Source: Saprolegnia diclina VS20
Lineage: Eukaryota
DNA length: 64,000 bases
Assembly: GCF_000281045.1 (NCBI RefSeq)
Contig: NW_008246096.1
Span: 163,727-227,726, forward strand
Reading direction: 5' to 3'
Made by a program: the position numbers and the translations under genes. Shown one piece after another: positions 60,396-64,000 of this stretch. Each line of letters opens with the position of its first letter. The first letter of the stretch is position 1. Under the pieces are notes generated by a model that searched no databases, was not told the origin of the DNA, and was given only the letters and a program-made list of their open reading frames with translations.

Positions 60396-62522
60396 GCAGG
60401 CGTTGCCATATGAATAGAAAGTACGACTTTCGGCCGCGCGGCTGGGGTCGTTCCGAGACCATGTGCGAGCGTCGAGCATCGCCTTTCTTGCTCCTCCTGT
60501 CAACATTTCCAGTTCGTTGCACGATTGGTGCGCTCGAGCACGTCTATTTGGCAGATGGGAATATTGGCTCCCAGCTGCCGAGACGATACAAACGGCGACC
60601 GAGATTCGACGGTTGTGATATCCCACGCTACAAAAGAGTGGCACGGCGTGCACCTCTGTGTGTGCGCCCGTGTCAGGCACGTCCGAGCGCGATAAAGACG
60701 CGCCTTCATACGGACGACACACAGGGGATCGTAGACGCCACTGCAAGGAGCACCCTGCGGGTCAAAGAACCCACGTCCGAGCAGATGGTGCCGAGAGGCT
60801 TCCAGGCGGCCTCGTTGGGTGTTGAAATGATGGTCCGTGAAGGGACGGGTGGTGTTTAGAAATTTGAACATGGAATCCCGCCGATGCGCGCCGAACTCGC
60901 CACGCACGAAACAGAGAGCGCGCGACGCGCTTCCTGATGATGATGACCAGGGTATTGAAGTTCGATGTGCTACAGGCAAAGGTGCAACGTGTCCAACTCG
61001 TCATCCCGTCGTAGTTGTCGATGACCTTGTACGGTACATGGACTACGAGGAAAGAATGAGCACTCTTCGACTCTCCTCCGCCTTGCCGTGCAACGGGTGG
61101 AATTGTCGACAGGGTGACTCGCGGCGTGGGACGGCAACATGAGACTGAGTCATGCCACCCATCGCGCCATATTGAAATTGACAAGTCTTGGCTGCGCCGC
61201 ACGGTCTCTGCTGTACGCTCCAACTCCCTCTGGCATTGCATACCCTGAGCCCCATCTGTAGTATGCTGTCTCAAAGGCTATGCAAGACCAAAGGTATGGA
61301 CCGTCCGCTGCCTGGTTGACCTCAACGAAGCAAAGCGGGATGATGGGCAGTAGGATGTGCGCCTGGCGGGAACACTGCGTTCGTTCGTTCGTGGCGCGTT
61401 TCCCTGGCCGAATCCGGTGCAATTTCATTTGAAAAATCCTGGTCCTCGATTACACATTGCTGTGCCATCGTTCTTGCTTGAAGGTACCCATTCGCGTCTC
61501 TTGGGTGCTCGGGTATTCATCGACCCGCGCATCACGGACCAAAACCTTACCGATGCACTAGACAACGTGTGCATGTATCGACGCCTGAACACAGTGACGC
61601 TGCAACCCTCAAAACACCGAGGCACCGTTGCATTGAGTACTACACGTGTGCGCACTGTACCGCAATGGCCCCTCGTCGCATGCGTCGATCTCCGCGCAGA
61701 GTGGCCTCCTGCTTGGCGGCTACTCACGTGGCACCCAAGAGCGGTACCCGCAACTCTCTTGTCACGGACCTCGATCGAATGCCACGCCCAAGACGGTCAC
61801 CTTGATCGGACGCGGCGACTCGGGTGGGACTGCCGAGTTGGCCAGAGGGTGCGAAGTCAACGTGGTCGTGCCACCAAGCTCCAGGGCGCAACCGCAACGT
61901 TGCCACTGCACCGGGCGGCTCGCTGTGTCTTTGAAGCATGTCGAGCGATGCGCTGTGGGCACTTGACCACGAAAGACCATTTCATGCTTGCTCATTGCCA
62001 GAAGCCCGTGGGCGACCTCGAGGATTCCAGCGCGCCGCTCGGTCGAGATCTCTTGCGCTGCGTGGCTTCGTTCTGCAACGACTTCGTCGTATCTGAGAGT
62101 TCTCTCCACTTCCACAGCACGCCACGGCTTGTTCCAGAGGCAACAAGCTACGTTGTTGCTGGAGTGGTCATGGCGGTGACCTCTCGATGTGGTAGAGACG
62201 AACGGCAGTGGGAGGTAAAGCCGAAGAGGATGAAGGGCGCATGCTGAAGGCTCGAGCGATGAGGCCACGGCGATGGTGCTTGCAGCGCCTTGTAGCAGTC
62301 ATACCAAGCTAGCCCGCTGTGAATGCTCATGAGCGGCAGAATGCCCCCGCACTCTCTACCAGCATGCTGCTCCTCGGGAGAGGAGCTATCACTGCGCTCG
62401 ACCGGAGCTCCATTGTACAAGTAGGCTGCACTGCCTCCGATAGCATTTCATGGCACATGGGTCATGCGAGCATGGCGTCTCAGACGCGTAGTGCTGCGAC
62501 TTGGAGCGGGCTGCGAGCTTGG

Positions 62523-62556
62523 TGACAAGCCAGCGACCTTGACAAGCCAGCGATCT
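62523..62556. repeat. 17-bp tandem direct repeat
   Basis: TGACAAGCCAGCGACCT / TGACAAGCCAGCGATCT, immediately upstream of two TATCCGGAT motifs. Confidence 0.7.
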
Positions 62557-62651
62557 TGCCGCCAAATGCGTATCCGGATGGCTTGAAATTCAACCCAGTT
62601 TATCCGGATTTCCAGGAAGGTTCGAATTCCAAAACTCCTCTGCGGGCCGGG

Positions 62652-64000
62652 ATGGAGGACGACGATTGCTACGGGTTTGGGTCCTACGACGACGTCTTCT
62701 CGGCGCCGCCGGGCGCGCAAGGGCAGGAAGCCGCCCCCGAAGAGATCACGTCGGCGCTCACGCCACGCTCGCGGAAGCTCGTGGACGTGACGTCGCCCGT
62801 CTCGGCGGCTGCCATTGGCACGTACTTGATGGACGCCGGGTATTTTGTCGCGAGCAGCGCCATTGCGACACCGCGCTTCCACGGACACCACATTGGCCTC
62901 AAGATCAAGCGCAATGGGAAGCTCGTCGCGTTTAGCTTCCCGGACGCGGGCGACATGGTCGCTGCGAGCGTGGTCGAAGCGGGCGCTGCCGTCTCTGTTC
63001 TGGGCGAGCTCTTCCTCGATGACACGACCTTGTTGTGGAAGCCAGCGCACTACGCCGACGCCAAGGCGTCCGCCTCGGGCCACATGTACGGCTCCGACCG
63101 CTACAGCCTTCAGCTACCGCGCGGCCACGTGCGCGGTGCCCAGAGCGCACGCGTGCAGAACGTCATGTCGGCGCTTGTCGTGACCATCGAGACGTTCGAC
63201 ATTGCGTTCGAGTTTACCTTTATGCCGGGTCCATACTCCAAGCCGTCCAAGTGCAACGAGCTTCTCGACCTCCTCACCCCAACCGCCTCCTCGCCCCAAG
63301 CAGCGCCGCTCGCAACACCGTCAAAGAAAGCATCGCCGCTTCTCTCGCAGACGCCGCCCATGCGCACGCCCCAGCGCCGCTTGTCCAGCGCAAGGTCGCC
63401 AGTGCCCATGTGGAGCAGTCCCCATCACCTCTCGCGCGATGCCGTCGACGAACGTAATGCGCTGGTCCGGGCATACCTCGCACTGCCCCGCGGCTCTGCC
63501 GAGGCCCTTGACGCGGCCGCTACGGTGCGCACGCTCCACTCGTAACCTTGTCATCGTCATCCGATGGTATCGCTAGATTCAGGACAAGTACGGATACCCG
63601 ATCGGTCCCGTCGCCGGCGCGTCCTTCCTTGATGACAAGGACTACCGGTACGCCAACGCAGCATCACGCCTTCTGCTCACCATCATTCAACGCAGGCGGG
63701 ACACGGTCGCGCGACTCGCCGAGACGGTCGAGCGCATGAAGCGCGTATGGAAGGCCGAGGAGGTGCTACTCGAGCAGCAAACGCACGTGCGGAGTTCGCG
63801 GTCGGGTGACCACGACATTACCTATTTGGATACCAACACGAGCCACTTTATCACGCCAAAAGAGTACGAAGTGCGCTACAAGCAGCAGATCCAGGCGTCA
63901 ACGCCAGTCGTGCTCACGTCGTCGTCCTTGGCCGTCCATCCTCCAACGCTACTGGATGCAAGCGCGAGTTGCATCGTGGACGCCCAGTTCTTTGAGCGCG
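62652..64000 (+). CDS. Hypothetical protein (multi-exon; runs off the window end)
   Basis: ATG 62652 MEDDDCYGFGSYDDVF begins an ~290-codon exon with coding-like GC3. GT-AG introns follow after 63520, and coding-like sequence continues to the window end. Confidence 0.7.

Noticed and set aside
60860..62250. Possible degenerate F-box/LRR-like gene or pseudogene (VVDDLVRYMDYEERMSTLRL; ORF 61357-62247)
   Set aside because: No convincing motif, weak codon bias and no coherent exon chain, so it cannot be supported by eye.
8..63560. Many long antisense or alternative-frame ORFs in the ORF track (e.g. 47844-49511, 58602-60122, 34457-35635, 53891-55012)
   Set aside because: They are shadows of real genes caused by high GC3 codon bias and have no recognisable motifs.
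1..64000. Bacterial contamination or a prokaryotic defence system, suggested by the bacterial-like genes (EctC, NTT, B2 domain, PNPase)
   Set aside because: All of these genes carry spliceosomal introns and sit among clearly eukaryotic genes. No operon structure, CRISPR array, tRNA or rRNA was seen.

Overview
This is gene-dense, GC-rich eukaryotic DNA with many short (~45-60 nt) GT-AG introns. The gene content points to an oomycete, most likely Saprolegniales (Saprolegnia/Achlya-like): a MIT-domain chitin synthase, a transmembrane TKL kinase, R2R3/R1R2R3 Myb factors, a flagellar CFAP74 and an ankyrin-like repeat gene. About 30 protein-coding genes can be supported. Conserved genes include eIF2-gamma, ERGIC3/Erv46, ARPC2, PPIP5K/Vip1, an ASH2-like SPRY protein, CFAP74, peroxisomal enoyl-CoA hydratase 2, chitin synthase and mitochondrial PNPase. 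I saw no rRNA, tRNA, CRISPR array or intact transposon. The most unusual items are: (1) one spliced gene fusing a Cid1/Trf4-type terminal nucleotidyltransferase to an intact DEDDy 3'-5' exonuclease and an S1-like domain, a candidate 'tail-and-trim' RNA enzyme; (2) an intron-containing, apparently mitochondrion-targeted ectoine synthase (EctC) homologue whose metal ligands appear replaced; (3) an NTT-family nucleotide transporter with HEAT-like repeats and two cNMP-binding domains, close to a PdeD/PdeE-type cyclic-nucleotide phosphodiesterase; (4) a TKL kinase on an adenylyl-cyclase-like 6TM bundle; (5) a stand-alone, mitochondrion-targeted PheRS-beta B2-like tRNA-binding domain; (6) a recurrent palindromic promoter motif (CG)TATCCGGAT about 30-150 bp upstream of about 8 unrelated genes. 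All calls come from reading motifs by eye; no database searches were run.
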